From contig JAKSVI010000003.1 in assembly GCA_024408095.1 (NCBI GenBank), forward strand, positions 2,346-66,345: DNA of 64,000 bases, in the 5' to 3' direction. Under the pieces are notes generated by a model that saw only the letters and a program-made list of their open reading frames with translations, did no database searches and was not told where the DNA came from. Each line of letters starts with the position of its first letter. The first letter of the stretch is position 1. Shown here piece after piece: positions 47,301 to 56,729 of the stretch. Both the position numbers and the translations under genes were made by a program. The DNA is from Bacilli bacterium. Its GTDB lineage: Bacteria > Bacillota_I > Bacilli_A > RFN20 > CAG-826.

Positions 47301-47525
47301 GCAGCTGATATTGAAGCTGCAATTCGTAGAGGTGGCAATATTAAAGATACAGATTTAAAACACTATTTCCAAAAAATGTATTACGAAAGCAGATGGGAAC
47401 TTGAATTCCATTACACAATGCAAATCGGTAGCACAGGTATTCCAAGCAACGGAAGTAACTTCATCTACCTCGATAAAGCTGAAATGGATAAATATGTAAC
47501 CAGAGGCTTAAAACTCGGTAAATAA
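44322..47525 (+). CDS. oppA: giant lipoprotein, probable oligopeptide-binding protein (family-5 SBP, OppA-like)
   Basis: AAAGGAG RBS and lipobox AVIGC. Segments resemble family-5 SBPs (GREVSIDDYLFAYQ, YCPVPEDFV). Sits directly upstream of oppBCDF. At 1067 aa it is about twice the usual size. Confidence 0.6.
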   Translation: MKKFSKISLAALVFTTVGVAVIGCDNHSGGGSEPSFDDKALSFSLSVNNGSNILKTDEEYKINVIIQTPDLDYDPKFTYDLENYYFEYGEDPTTKEPYVYEANVWEYMDLIQKADGYYVKPLKSTVITFKGEDGDFHTFNDGFDIKVEGKQPTSSGLDKKVTQYYPVRATSASQAEGGYNYSTLKYGDEDPSTEILGKLEKYAMDNHLTGISLFEDSGYICYNSRVKSPNEFKYLTNYGFGILSDGKIEGTLSGDEGKYKPAYYHTQSASNPQTINALNNQGSEVSSLYDYISSSYYSMKLNDEKNNSIWYPVLASNIARQVNGPIASTADGTETGLTTSTCWKIYVKCKENKTLSTGAHDDKLTYGYKGRRVDSNYVSFDGREVSIDDYLFAYQLLLTGHHNYFRGSELAGDTTYGIVGAAIFNSRTKVAATPEKEKELFNSYVGVKKGHDDDGYFITINLLNPVDQFTAMYTLSSSLYCPVPEDFVRQVGPAYYGTNTGTDYKITDNILSLAPYTLELWDDQNIDFVRNPNWQEFLATDAEDDVKGKGTISHYPGTKGRYSIAGVTNRINTALASDPNALFKNYLSNNVDAASIPVAYLNDVTTDYRSMGHKSEGSSVFKLNINSCTQAEWDSLFGPNGSNPKHVNSESEKYTCKPWMSNDNFLNGLNFSINRKQFADKRGADPSNNYFSNSYMSDARNSVSYNSTPEHAEAMKNYYPETSGYNQTAARSSFKKAIAELVDQNVIQYGTYSNPTVLDIDIWWMYESDKTDYGVEIENYFTECFNDPTVCGGKVILKVNHFAETAWDKVYSAHLQVGQFDLGFGAISGNTYSPLNFLEVLKSDDSSGFTLNWGTDTSVADPALEYDGKYWSFDSLWTAADHGGIFHNGEIVTTSKGYINKVFDELAIDESGSVIAGDLSAGGKIKIDYIFADIVGIVEDDKRGVKFEIDNIQLFAYGDQVFTFTKEDGELLIEKDSEHPNQGSVTVIISAQRAADIEAAIRRGGNIKDTDLKHYFQKMYYESRWELEFHYTMQIGSTGIPSNGSNFIYLDKAEMDKYVTRGLKLGK

Positions 47526-47542
47526 TAGGAGGACGATTAAAT

Positions 47543-48592
47543 ATGAAAGCAATTAAATATTTCCCAATCGCTCTTACCGCTATTCTTCTTTCTAGCTGTG
47601 GATTTTCTAAAGGAATTCAAACATTAGCAACTGATGAAGAAGGACAAAATAATTCTACCGAAGTAGCATTAAGTTACACAGATGCTTATCTGCTTGCAAG
47701 CAGCATCCAAAATGCTCAAAAACTTTTAGTCCAACCAAACAAACTTACTTTAACAGAAACTGTTCATAGTAAAGAAATTGAAAACAGTATGGTCAAAGAA
47801 GAATACGACTATGAATATGTTGCGAGACTTGACTATGCCGAAGGTTATTATCGTACAAATTTAAAGCAAGAAAGTAAAGAATGGAACAATACCCTACAAA
47901 AGTATATAAATTATACTTACGATATTGAAAACACCGTTTGGACTACTGATTCATACAAAACATATTTCACTGAAAGATATATCAAATACGAAGACGGCAT
48001 AAAAATCGAAGACAGCAAAATTTATGCTGAATGGAATATGGGTTATTATGAAGGTCACTCAACTGTTTTTGGAAAAGGTAAAGTCGCTGCTTTAATGGAT
48101 GTCTTAAACCATTTCTTCTCAGGCAGAGCAGATGTCGGTGAAGAAATTGAAGAAAATGATTTCGGTGAATATGTTGTCAAGCATATGTTTGAGAATTTCA
48201 AAGGAACAGAAAATCTTGCGGACGCGAAAGAGGCCGCAAAAGTCCTATCAACTGGTAAACAATGGCACCCATTTAGTGGAATTACATATGAATTCTGCAA
48301 AGCCAATTTTACTGGTGATAGTCAAGACAGCTCATTATTAAAATTCTCCCGTCAATTTGCTGGAACAACTTATGATTCAGTTTACAAAACTCTTCATTTA
48401 GATTTTGATCAAGAAGACATTTGGCAAAATAATCTTTGTGTCGGAATGAAAGATAAAAGAAAATTAAATTCATTAGACAATGCCTATGTTATCGATCAAA
48501 CTGTTGCTGACAAATATTCAACAGAAGAATTTTCAAACGATCATGTTGATCCTGACAAAGAAGGCTACATTAAATTAGACCTAACCTACTAA
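47543..48592 (+). CDS. lipoprotein of unknown function
   Basis: AGGAGG RBS and lipobox LLSSC. No domain recognised. Confidence 0.7.
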   Translation: MKAIKYFPIALTAILLSSCGFSKGIQTLATDEEGQNNSTEVALSYTDAYLLASSIQNAQKLLVQPNKLTLTETVHSKEIENSMVKEEYDYEYVARLDYAEGYYRTNLKQESKEWNNTLQKYINYTYDIENTVWTTDSYKTYFTERYIKYEDGIKIEDSKIYAEWNMGYYEGHSTVFGKGKVAALMDVLNHFFSGRADVGEEIEENDFGEYVVKHMFENFKGTENLADAKEAAKVLSTGKQWHPFSGITYEFCKANFTGDSQDSSLLKFSRQFAGTTYDSVYKTLHLDFDQEDIWQNNLCVGMKDKRKLNSLDNAYVIDQTVADKYSTEEFSNDHVDPDKEGYIKLDLTY

Positions 48593-48611
48593 AATTTATT
48601 TTCATTTAAAA

Positions 48612-48642
48612 AGAGCCGCAATTATGTGGCTCTTTTTCTTTT
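48612..48642 (+). terminator. intrinsic terminator
   Basis: AGAGCCGC-AATTAT-GTGGCTCT (one G-U pair) followed by TTTTCTTTT. Confidence 0.7.
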
Positions 48643-48657
48643 AAGTTTTATTTTAAA

Positions 48658-48686
48658 ACTTGATTTAATATGTGGTATTAGTTAAA
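48658..48686 (+). promoter_or_regulatory. sigma-A-type promoter for oppBCDF
   Basis: TTGATT - 17 nt - TAAAAT, about 45 nt upstream of the oppB RBS (GAAGGAGG). Confidence 0.5.
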
Positions 48687-48732
48687 ATATAACACATATT
48701 TCATAAATGAAATAGCAAAGAAGGAGGAACGG

Positions 48733-49767
48733 ATGGTCAAATATTCGATTAAAAGAATTATTTTAGCCCTTGTTACGGCATTCATTATTTTGTCGTTAAC
48801 ATTTATTTTAGTTAAATCCATCCCATTAGTGGTTGAAGCTGGAAGTACCACTGCAAGTAAATTTGCCTTCTTTGAAAAGCAAGTTAGTTTAGGATACGTT
48901 ATTTCCACAAACACTCCTAGAAGTGATTTAGGACCTTTATTATTTAGCTATAAGCCGCAGGGCGCTGCTATGATTTATTATTATGAACGCCCAGTCTTGG
49001 ACCAATATGTTAACTGGTTAGGTAATATTTTTAGAGGAGATTGGGGTACTTCAACTGCTATTAAAATGAATGTTGGAGCGATGGACATTATTCTAGAACG
49101 ATTGCCTACTTCATTAATTATTAACATTATTTCTGTTGTTATTTCTGTTCCATTAGGAATTTTATTAGGTATTGTTGCAGGATTAAGAAAAAACACTTGG
49201 GTTGACCACTTAATTTCAACCTTAGTTATGATATTCATCTCCATTCCTTCATTCGTTATTATTACCTACATGATATATTTCTTCGCATTTAAAGCAGGAG
49301 CGCTGCCGATGATGTGGCCTAATAGCAATGCACCGATTGAGAAGAGGCTTTTAGGATTAATTATTCCTGTTGTATCTCTTTCATTTGGTTCTATTTGTGG
49401 TTATACCAGATTTGTTCGTGCTGAACTTTGTGAAGTTATGTCTAGTGAATATTTATTGCTTGCTAGAACGAAAGGTTTGACTAAGAATCAAGCTATTACC
49501 AGACACGCCTTAAGAAATGCATTCGTGCCTATTTTGCCATCGATTTTGGCAGAATTTATAGGTGTTTTTGGTGGTTCAATGATTTTGGAAGGCTTATATA
49601 ATATTCCAGGTATTGGAAGTTTATACATTGATGCTTTGAATAAGAAAGACTATAACGTTTTGATGGTTGATATGGCGGTATTTACTATCATTGGCCTTTT
49701 AGCAGGAATCGTCCTCGATTTGTCCTATGGATTTATTGATCCACGTATCAGAATGGGAGAGAAATAA
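48733..49767 (+). CDS. oppB: oligopeptide ABC transporter permease OppB
   Basis: Binding-protein-dependent transport permease fold. EAA-like loop LLARTKGLTKNQAITRHALRNA. Sits in the opp context. Confidence 0.85.
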   Translation: MVKYSIKRIILALVTAFIILSLTFILVKSIPLVVEAGSTTASKFAFFEKQVSLGYVISTNTPRSDLGPLLFSYKPQGAAMIYYYERPVLDQYVNWLGNIFRGDWGTSTAIKMNVGAMDIILERLPTSLIINIISVVISVPLGILLGIVAGLRKNTWVDHLISTLVMIFISIPSFVIITYMIYFFAFKAGALPMMWPNSNAPIEKRLLGLIIPVVSLSFGSICGYTRFVRAELCEVMSSEYLLLARTKGLTKNQAITRHALRNAFVPILPSILAEFIGVFGGSMILEGLYNIPGIGSLYIDALNKKDYNVLMVDMAVFTIIGLLAGIVLDLSYGFIDPRIRMGEK

Positions 49768-49769
49768 TT

Positions 49770-51929
49770 ATGGCGAAGAAAAATAATGACTTCGATTTAG
49801 TTAATCTTCCTATTGAAGCACAGGATCCAAGCATTTCCGCCGAAGACTTTGTTCCTACAAGTGCTGATAAACAAATCCACGAGCAACATTTCCAAACTAA
49901 ACCAACAACATTCTTTATAGATAGTATGAAGAGATTTGCGAAAAACAAATCTTCTGTTGTTGCTGCAGTTATTTTAGGCTTGCTATTAATCCTGGCGTTT
50001 GTTGTCCCTGCTGTTGAAAGCGATGTTGATAAATCAATGACTAGCTATGCAACATATCTAGAACCTAAATTATTTGATTCCGGTACAGGATGGTGGGATG
50101 GCACTAAAAAGTGTGTCGATATTGCCTTAGATCCTGTTTCAGGTTTACCTGATCCAACCGTTTATAAAGAAAACGCAATTATTGGTGGTAAAGCTGGTAT
50201 TACTAGAACTGGACGTAAAATTCGTAATAGTCCAAACCCATATGCTATTGGCGGCGATGTTAAATTCTATATTGACCGTAACACAACTACAGATTTAGCA
50301 TTCTTTAGAACTAATACTTTCTTAACATATAAAGATCCAAGTAAACCAATGGAACAACGTCAAGTTATTGAAAACGAAAACGTTGTATTTGATTCATCAA
50401 AAGAAACATTTGGTATTAAATTTGCTATTAGTAATCTTGATTATCCTAAAGAACAATATCCAGAATTAGAATTCACAGATTTTTCTATTGCCATTTACTA
50501 TAACGTTGATGGTGGATCTGATCCTTATATCTTGAAAGAATATAAGAAAGAAGATATCAAACCATCTAGTGAATTTATGGAAATTCCAGATGTCAGCAAA
50601 CAAATTAGAGACAATAAAGATACAGAGATGACAAAATTTGTTAATCCTCATATTGCCTTCATAATTAAGAACCAATATGAAGATATCGAATATTCTATAA
50701 TGATTAATCAATTATTATTTGATACTAATGGAATTACAAACAATCCTAATTTAAAAGTCGGTCTTGATGAAGCACAATTTAGCGACGCTAATGAGTGCTT
50801 ATTACGTGAAAATAAGATTGATATTAATATCAGCCAAGATAAATATAAACAATTCATCAATCCTACAGGTTGGTCAAGCAGCAGCTTTATGGGATTATCG
50901 AATGCAGTCTATGAATCATGTACCTTCGTATATGATACTTACGAGGCAGCCTTAGGTTTAACAAAAGATTATCCTCTTGGTAACGATAAATTACAATCAT
51001 ATGAAAATATGGGGTATTTTAAAACATATTTAAAGAACGCAGGTTCTTCTAGATATGTTGAAGGCAGTATCGGAGATGTTAATAGAAACACCCAATCTAT
51101 TAAACTTGAAATATTAAATTATGATAAATGCCCAATTGTTCCAACTGATCCAGAGGGCGATGTATACAAAATTAAAAATTACGATTCATATGGCTGGCAA
51201 ATTGACGTCAATATTTTGATTTATAAGTATTATGGTTATTCTTCAATGCCACGATATATTTTTGGTACCGATGCTTCAGGACATAATATGAATAAATATG
51301 TATTTGAAGGATTACGAAATTCATTGTTATTAGGTATCATTACATCCGCGATTTGCTTTGTTTTTGGTCTTTTATGGGGATCAATTTCTGGATATTTCGG
51401 TGGCACAACCGACTTAGTTATGGAACGTTTTACCGATATTCTTTCTGGTGTGCCGTGGATTGTTGTTATGACTTTGTGCATTATTAAGCTGGGACAATCA
51501 ATGCTTGTCTTTGGTATATCGTTATGTTTGACTGGGTGGATTGGCACAGCAGCAACTACACGTACGCAGTTCTATCGATTTAAAAATAGAGAATATGTAT
51601 TCGCTTCTCGAACGTTGGGCGCGAGCGATGCTCGACTTATTGTAAAACATATTTTGCCTAACGCGATGGGAACAATCATCACTGGAGCTGTTTTAATGAT
51701 ACCTAGTGTTATTTTCTCAGAAGCTACAATTTCTTATTTAGGATTAGGATTAAAAGGAATGTCTAGCTTAGGTGTTATTCTTTCTGATAACCAAAAAGAA
51801 CTCATTACCCATCCTTATCTTTTGATATTCCCATCAATCATCATTGCGTTGATTATGATCTCATTTAACTTATTCGGTAATGGATTACGTGACGCTATTA
51901 ACCCAAGCTTGAAAGGAGAAGATGAATAA
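49770..51929 (+). CDS. oppC: oligopeptide ABC transporter permease OppC with ~430-aa extracytoplasmic insertion
   Basis: The C-terminal 220 aa are a typical OppC core (ASRTLGASDARLIVKHILPNA). A long non-hydrophobic segment lies between TM1 (residues ~62-82) and the next TM (~505). Confidence 0.85.
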   Translation: MAKKNNDFDLVNLPIEAQDPSISAEDFVPTSADKQIHEQHFQTKPTTFFIDSMKRFAKNKSSVVAAVILGLLLILAFVVPAVESDVDKSMTSYATYLEPKLFDSGTGWWDGTKKCVDIALDPVSGLPDPTVYKENAIIGGKAGITRTGRKIRNSPNPYAIGGDVKFYIDRNTTTDLAFFRTNTFLTYKDPSKPMEQRQVIENENVVFDSSKETFGIKFAISNLDYPKEQYPELEFTDFSIAIYYNVDGGSDPYILKEYKKEDIKPSSEFMEIPDVSKQIRDNKDTEMTKFVNPHIAFIIKNQYEDIEYSIMINQLLFDTNGITNNPNLKVGLDEAQFSDANECLLRENKIDINISQDKYKQFINPTGWSSSSFMGLSNAVYESCTFVYDTYEAALGLTKDYPLGNDKLQSYENMGYFKTYLKNAGSSRYVEGSIGDVNRNTQSIKLEILNYDKCPIVPTDPEGDVYKIKNYDSYGWQIDVNILIYKYYGYSSMPRYIFGTDASGHNMNKYVFEGLRNSLLLGIITSAICFVFGLLWGSISGYFGGTTDLVMERFTDILSGVPWIVVMTLCIIKLGQSMLVFGISLCLTGWIGTAATTRTQFYRFKNREYVFASRTLGASDARLIVKHILPNAMGTIITGAVLMIPSVIFSEATISYLGLGLKGMSSLGVILSDNQKELITHPYLLIFPSIIIALIMISFNLFGNGLRDAINPSLKGEDE

Positions 51930-51931
51930 TT

Positions 51932-53713
51932 ATGGAAAAAGAAAATAAACAAGTTGTCTTATCCGTAAAAGACTTAAAAGTTAACTTCTCTACCGATCAT
52001 GGCTATGTTCAAGCTGTTAGAGGTGTCTCTTTTGATTTATATAAAGGCGAGACATTATGCATTGTTGGTGAATCTGGTTCAGGTAAATCTGTTACTAGTA
52101 AAACAATTATGGGCATTCTTGCTGCTAATGGAAGAATTGTTTCTGGAAGCATCATTTATGAAGGTGAAGATTTAACTAAAGTCAGTGAAGATGAATTCCA
52201 TCGTATTAGAGGGCATAAAATTGGAATGATTTTCCAAGATCCTTTATCTTCTTTAAATCCTATTATGAGAATTGGTAAACAAATTACTGAAGCAATGCTC
52301 ATAAATAACAATCGTTTAAAAAAGAAATATGATGATTTGGTAGCTGATGAATTAGTAGCTTATAAAAATTCAATTACAGAGCTTGATAGCGGAATTGCTC
52401 GTCAAAAGGAAAATGTTAAATTCTTAAAGAGTGAAAAGAAAAAGACTAATTCACAAATTAGAAACAAAGCACGTATCCAAGCTAGTGGGAAAAAATTCAA
52501 CGAAAAAATTAAATACAAAGAAGCCGTTTTAATTATTAACGGAACATTTAAAAAACAAGCCAAAGAACTAGAAAGTCTCAATCTTCCAGAAGAAGAATAT
52601 AAAAATAAATATTCTGCTTTTGAGACTGAGAAAAACTCAAAAATCACTGCAGAAAAGCAGAGATTTGCAGAGACTTTGAAACAAATTCGTGAAGAAAAGA
52701 GGGAAATTAAAAAGACCATTTCTTCGGAAATTAAAGCAAATTCTCAAGACTTTAATGACAAAATTAAAACAGCCAAAAATGATAAGAAAGTTAATATTGA
52801 TAAACTCAAGCAAACATATCGTCCTTTAGTTAAGGAAAATAGAGCCAAGTACTTAGCAAAAAGTAAGAAAGCAAAAGTTCAAGTTAAAGATTATAAACTA
52901 AAACTAAAGAGCGAATACCAAGCAGAAAAAGCTGAGATTTTAAAAAGAAAAGTAAATGCCACAACTCGCCATGCAATAAGTGAAATAAATGCTGATCTTA
53001 AAAAAGCAAAGATTAACTATATTTCTAAACTTAAAATTACCAAACATGAAGCTAAAGAACGTGCGCTGAAAATCATGAAGGAAGTTGGTATTTCTGAACC
53101 TGAAAAACGTTTCAAACAATATCCGTTTGAATTCTCAGGTGGTATGAGACAACGTATTGTTATTGCTATTGCTTTAACTGCCGATCCAGATATTTTAATT
53201 TGTGATGAACCAACAACTGCTTTAGACGTTACGATTCAAGCTCAAATTTTGGAATTGATAAACAGATTAAAAGTTGAAAGAAAACTCTCTTGTATATTTA
53301 TTACTCACGACTTAGGTGTTGTTGCTAACATGGCTGATCGTGTTGCTGTTATGTATGCTGGAAAAATTGTAGAATATGGAACAGAAAACGAAATATTCTA
53401 CGATCCAAGACATCCATACACATGGGCACTTTTATCTTCTATTCCAGACATTGACAGCAAAGAAAAATTAGAAGCCATTCCTGGTACTCCACCGAATATG
53501 GTTTATCCACCAGTTGGTGATGCTTTTGCTTTACGTAGCAAATATGCTCTTGCTATAGATTTCAAAAAAGAACCACCTTTATTTAAAATCAGTGAAACTC
53601 ACTATGCAGCTACTTGGTTACTAGATCCTCGTGCGCCTAAAGTTGAGATGCCTAAGATTGTTAAAACAAGAATCCAAAATAGCCTTAAAGCCGCTAAGAA
53701 AGGAGATAAGTAA
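51932..53713 (+). CDS. oppD: oligopeptide ABC transporter ATPase OppD with ~250-aa Lys-rich insertion
   Basis: Walker A GESGSGKS, Q-loop FQDPLSSLNP, signature FSGGMRQR, Walker B ILICDEPTTALD. A K/E-rich insert lies between the Q-loop and the signature. Confidence 0.9.
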   Translation: MEKENKQVVLSVKDLKVNFSTDHGYVQAVRGVSFDLYKGETLCIVGESGSGKSVTSKTIMGILAANGRIVSGSIIYEGEDLTKVSEDEFHRIRGHKIGMIFQDPLSSLNPIMRIGKQITEAMLINNNRLKKKYDDLVADELVAYKNSITELDSGIARQKENVKFLKSEKKKTNSQIRNKARIQASGKKFNEKIKYKEAVLIINGTFKKQAKELESLNLPEEEYKNKYSAFETEKNSKITAEKQRFAETLKQIREEKREIKKTISSEIKANSQDFNDKIKTAKNDKKVNIDKLKQTYRPLVKENRAKYLAKSKKAKVQVKDYKLKLKSEYQAEKAEILKRKVNATTRHAISEINADLKKAKINYISKLKITKHEAKERALKIMKEVGISEPEKRFKQYPFEFSGGMRQRIVIAIALTADPDILICDEPTTALDVTIQAQILELINRLKVERKLSCIFITHDLGVVANMADRVAVMYAGKIVEYGTENEIFYDPRHPYTWALLSSIPDIDSKEKLEAIPGTPPNMVYPPVGDAFALRSKYALAIDFKKEPPLFKISETHYAATWLLDPRAPKVEMPKIVKTRIQNSLKAAKKGDK

Positions 53714-53715
53714 TT

Positions 53716-55212
53716 ATGGCCAAAAGAAAAGTTTCTTATCGTCCTGAATTAGTAGAACAAAACATCGAATTGTCTGTTAGACACTTAAAACAATTCTTTA
53801 AATTTGGTCATGGACGCTCATCTTTTAAAACTAAAGCTGTCCATGATGTAAGCTTTGATATCTATAAAGGCGAATGCTTTGGCTTGGTTGGCGAATCTGG
53901 CTGTGGAAAAACAACAACTGGTCGTTCTTTAATTCGCTTATACAACATTACCTCTGGTTCTGTTTATTTCAAAGGTTATCGTGTCAGCGCTGGAAAACGT
54001 TGGAATGAAAAGGAAATTAAATGGAAAAGAATTAAATGTAGAAAAGATATTAAGAGCCTTAAAGAAGAAATGCACAATGAAATTTATGATGTTTGTGATA
54101 TTTCAGGTATTGGCGCTCAAATAAAAGAAATTGATCAACAAATTGAGAATACCAAACAAACTCTTTTAAAGGGAAAATTAGATTATAAAGACCGCATGAA
54201 AAAAGTCTCACAGGCTGATGATGAAAACGAAATGCTTGAATTAAAACAAAGCGCGGTAAAAGATTATGATAATGTTCGTTTGCCACTTCTTGATCAATTA
54301 GCAGCGTTAAAAGAAAAAAGACGTCAACTTCGCAAAGAAGTGAAGATTGCAAATAAGAACATTGAAAGTATCAATAAAGAAGAAAATAAACGTCAAATCT
54401 CCATTATTTCTGATAAATATTCAAAATTGATTGCTGAGAAAAAGACTGAATTAAAGTCAGTCATTAATGAGCAACGTGAAGCTATCAAACAAATTAATTA
54501 TGATAATCATCACGTTGATAAAAAAGTAATGACCAAGATGCAAATGATCTTCCAAGATCCAGTTGATTCTCTTGATCCTCGTATGACTGTTGAAGATATT
54601 ATTCAAGAAGGTTTACATATTCAAGGTCATTACAATCAATATGCCAATAGAAAGAAAGTAAAAGAAGTATTAGAAAAAGTTGGCCTTTTAGCTGAATATT
54701 CATCTAGATATCCTCATGAATTCTCTGGTGGCCAAAGACAACGTATTGGTATTGCTCGTGCGCTTATTATGAATCCAGAATTCTTAATTTGTGATGAGCC
54801 TATTTCTGCTCTTGATGTTTCTATTAGAGCTCAAATTATTAATTTATTAAATGATTTAAAAGAAGAGATGAACCTCACAATGTTGTTCATCGCTCATGAC
54901 TTGTCAGTTGTTAAATATTTCTGCGATAGAATTGCTGTTATGTATTTTGGAGAAATTGTTGAACTTGCCACAAGTGATGAATTATTTAAACATCCATTAC
55001 ATCCATACACCAATGCTCTTCTTTCTGCTATTCCAAAACCAGACCCTCTAAGTGAAAAAGTAAGAAAACGTTATGTTTATGTTCCAAGCAAAGAACATGA
55101 CTATAGTAAGGAAGGTCCTAAACTCACTGAAATTATTCCAGGACATTTTGTTTTAGCTAATTCTGAAGAACTAAAAAAATATAAAAAGAAAATTGAAGAA
55201 TTAGATAAATAA
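53716..55212 (+). CDS. oppF: oligopeptide ABC transporter ATPase OppF with ~175-aa Lys/Glu-rich insertion
   Basis: Walker A GESGCGKTT, Q-loop FQDPVDSLDP, signature FSGGQRQR, Walker B FLICDEPISALD. The insert lies between Walker A and the Q-loop. Confidence 0.9.
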   Translation: MAKRKVSYRPELVEQNIELSVRHLKQFFKFGHGRSSFKTKAVHDVSFDIYKGECFGLVGESGCGKTTTGRSLIRLYNITSGSVYFKGYRVSAGKRWNEKEIKWKRIKCRKDIKSLKEEMHNEIYDVCDISGIGAQIKEIDQQIENTKQTLLKGKLDYKDRMKKVSQADDENEMLELKQSAVKDYDNVRLPLLDQLAALKEKRRQLRKEVKIANKNIESINKEENKRQISIISDKYSKLIAEKKTELKSVINEQREAIKQINYDNHHVDKKVMTKMQMIFQDPVDSLDPRMTVEDIIQEGLHIQGHYNQYANRKKVKEVLEKVGLLAEYSSRYPHEFSGGQRQRIGIARALIMNPEFLICDEPISALDVSIRAQIINLLNDLKEEMNLTMLFIAHDLSVVKYFCDRIAVMYFGEIVELATSDELFKHPLHPYTNALLSAIPKPDPLSEKVRKRYVYVPSKEHDYSKEGPKLTEIIPGHFVLANSEELKKYKKKIEELDK

Positions 55213-55255
55213 TTTCGAAAATAGTTGTGTTTTGTGAGGCTTTTTAAAAAATTGC

Positions 55256-56086
55256 ATGAAAAATCAATTAGACTTACAAGTAAATTTCCATACACATACA
55301 TATAGATGCGGACACGCTCAAGGTGAAGCTGAGGAATATGTTTTAGCTGCTATTAAAGCTGGTTATAAAAGACTTGGTTTTAGTGATCATGGTCCATTTC
55401 CAAACTTCATTCAACCAGGAATGAGAATGAACTTTGAAGAATTGGAAAATTATGTTAAAGATATCGATTCTTTAAAAGAAAAATATAAAGATCAAATTGA
55501 AATCTATTGCGGTGTTGAAATTGAATTTACACCAAGTTATTTAGATTATTATAAAAAGTTATTAACCGATTACCATTTGGACTATTTAGTTATGGGAAAT
55601 CATTTAATGATGAATAATGCAGAATGCTTATGGTATTTTGAAAGACCTAATAGCATTGAAAACTTAGATGATTATATTACCAATTCTATCGCTGGATTAA
55701 AAAGTGGACTTTTCAGCATTTTTGCACATCCAGATATAATCTTAAATTCGTTTACGGACAAGTGCGATAAAGAGATTCTTAATAAATTAAAAATACTCGA
55801 ACAAGTCGCAATTGAGAACGATATTCCGCTAGAAATAAATATGCAAGGATATCGAGAGAAATTAGAGAAGTGTGGCAGTGTTAACGCCCCAATGTTTAAT
55901 AATTCTTACTGCTATCCTTATGAATCTTATTGGGCAACGTTAAAAAATAGCAAGGTAAAAGTCATTGTTAGTTTAGATGCACACAATCCAAGTTATTTTA
56001 AAGATGATAATTTTGGCTTTGCTAAATATTTGATTGAAAAATATAATCTAAACTTTACACAAAATATTCAATTAAAAAAAATATGA
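55256..56086 (+). CDS. PHP-family histidinol-phosphatase-like hydrolase
   Basis: NFHTHTYRCGHA start motif, FSDHGP and AHPD. ~275 aa. Confidence 0.8.
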   Translation: MKNQLDLQVNFHTHTYRCGHAQGEAEEYVLAAIKAGYKRLGFSDHGPFPNFIQPGMRMNFEELENYVKDIDSLKEKYKDQIEIYCGVEIEFTPSYLDYYKKLLTDYHLDYLVMGNHLMMNNAECLWYFERPNSIENLDDYITNSIAGLKSGLFSIFAHPDIILNSFTDKCDKEILNKLKILEQVAIENDIPLEINMQGYREKLEKCGSVNAPMFNNSYCYPYESYWATLKNSKVKVIVSLDAHNPSYFKDDNFGFAKYLIEKYNLNFTQNIQLKKI

Positions 56087-56721
56087 ATGTAAGAGTGGAT
56101 TTAGACCAGTTTTTATTGTCAATTCCAGAAAATGTTACTCTTGTTGCTGCAACAAAATATGTTAGCAGTGATGAAATATTAAAATTAGTAAATCATAGAA
56201 TTTTTAATATTGGAGAAAACAGGGTTGACTCTTTTTTGCTCAAATATTCTCAACTACAAAATAATGGCGTTATTTGGCATTTCATTGGACATTTGCAGCG
56301 AAATAAAGCAAAATTAGTCGCAAATAAAATAGATTTTTTGCATAGTTTAGACTCTGTTGAATTGGCAATTAAATTAAATGAATTAAGGTTAACCCCTCTT
56401 AAATGTTTTATTGAAGTTTCTATAAATAATGAAGAAAACAAAAACGGTGTCTCTTTAGAAAATCTTGATCATTTTATAGAAGAAATAAAGCCATTAAAAA
56501 ATATACAAATAGTAGGCTTGATGATGATGACTTTAAAAGGCTCTTCAGAAGAACAACAATATAAACAATTTAATAGATTAAAGTTGTTGTTAGATGAGAT
56601 TAATAAAAAACATAATTTATCTCTCAAAGAACTATCAATGGGTATGTCTGATGATTATAAAAAAGCCATAGATGCTGGATCTACTTATATACGATTAGGA
56701 AGAATATTATTCAGCGAGTAA
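56083..56721 (+). CDS. yggS: YggS-family pyridoxal-phosphate homeostasis protein
   Basis: LVAATKY, IGENRV, WHFIGHLQRNK and SMGMSDDY motifs. ATGA overlap with the upstream gene. Confidence 0.85.
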   Translation: MNVRVDLDQFLLSIPENVTLVAATKYVSSDEILKLVNHRIFNIGENRVDSFLLKYSQLQNNGVIWHFIGHLQRNKAKLVANKIDFLHSLDSVELAIKLNELRLTPLKCFIEVSINNEENKNGVSLENLDHFIEEIKPLKNIQIVGLMMMTLKGSSEEQQYKQFNRLKLLLDEINKKHNLSLKELSMGMSDDYKKAIDAGSTYIRLGRILFSE

Positions 56722-56729
56722 TTTATTGT

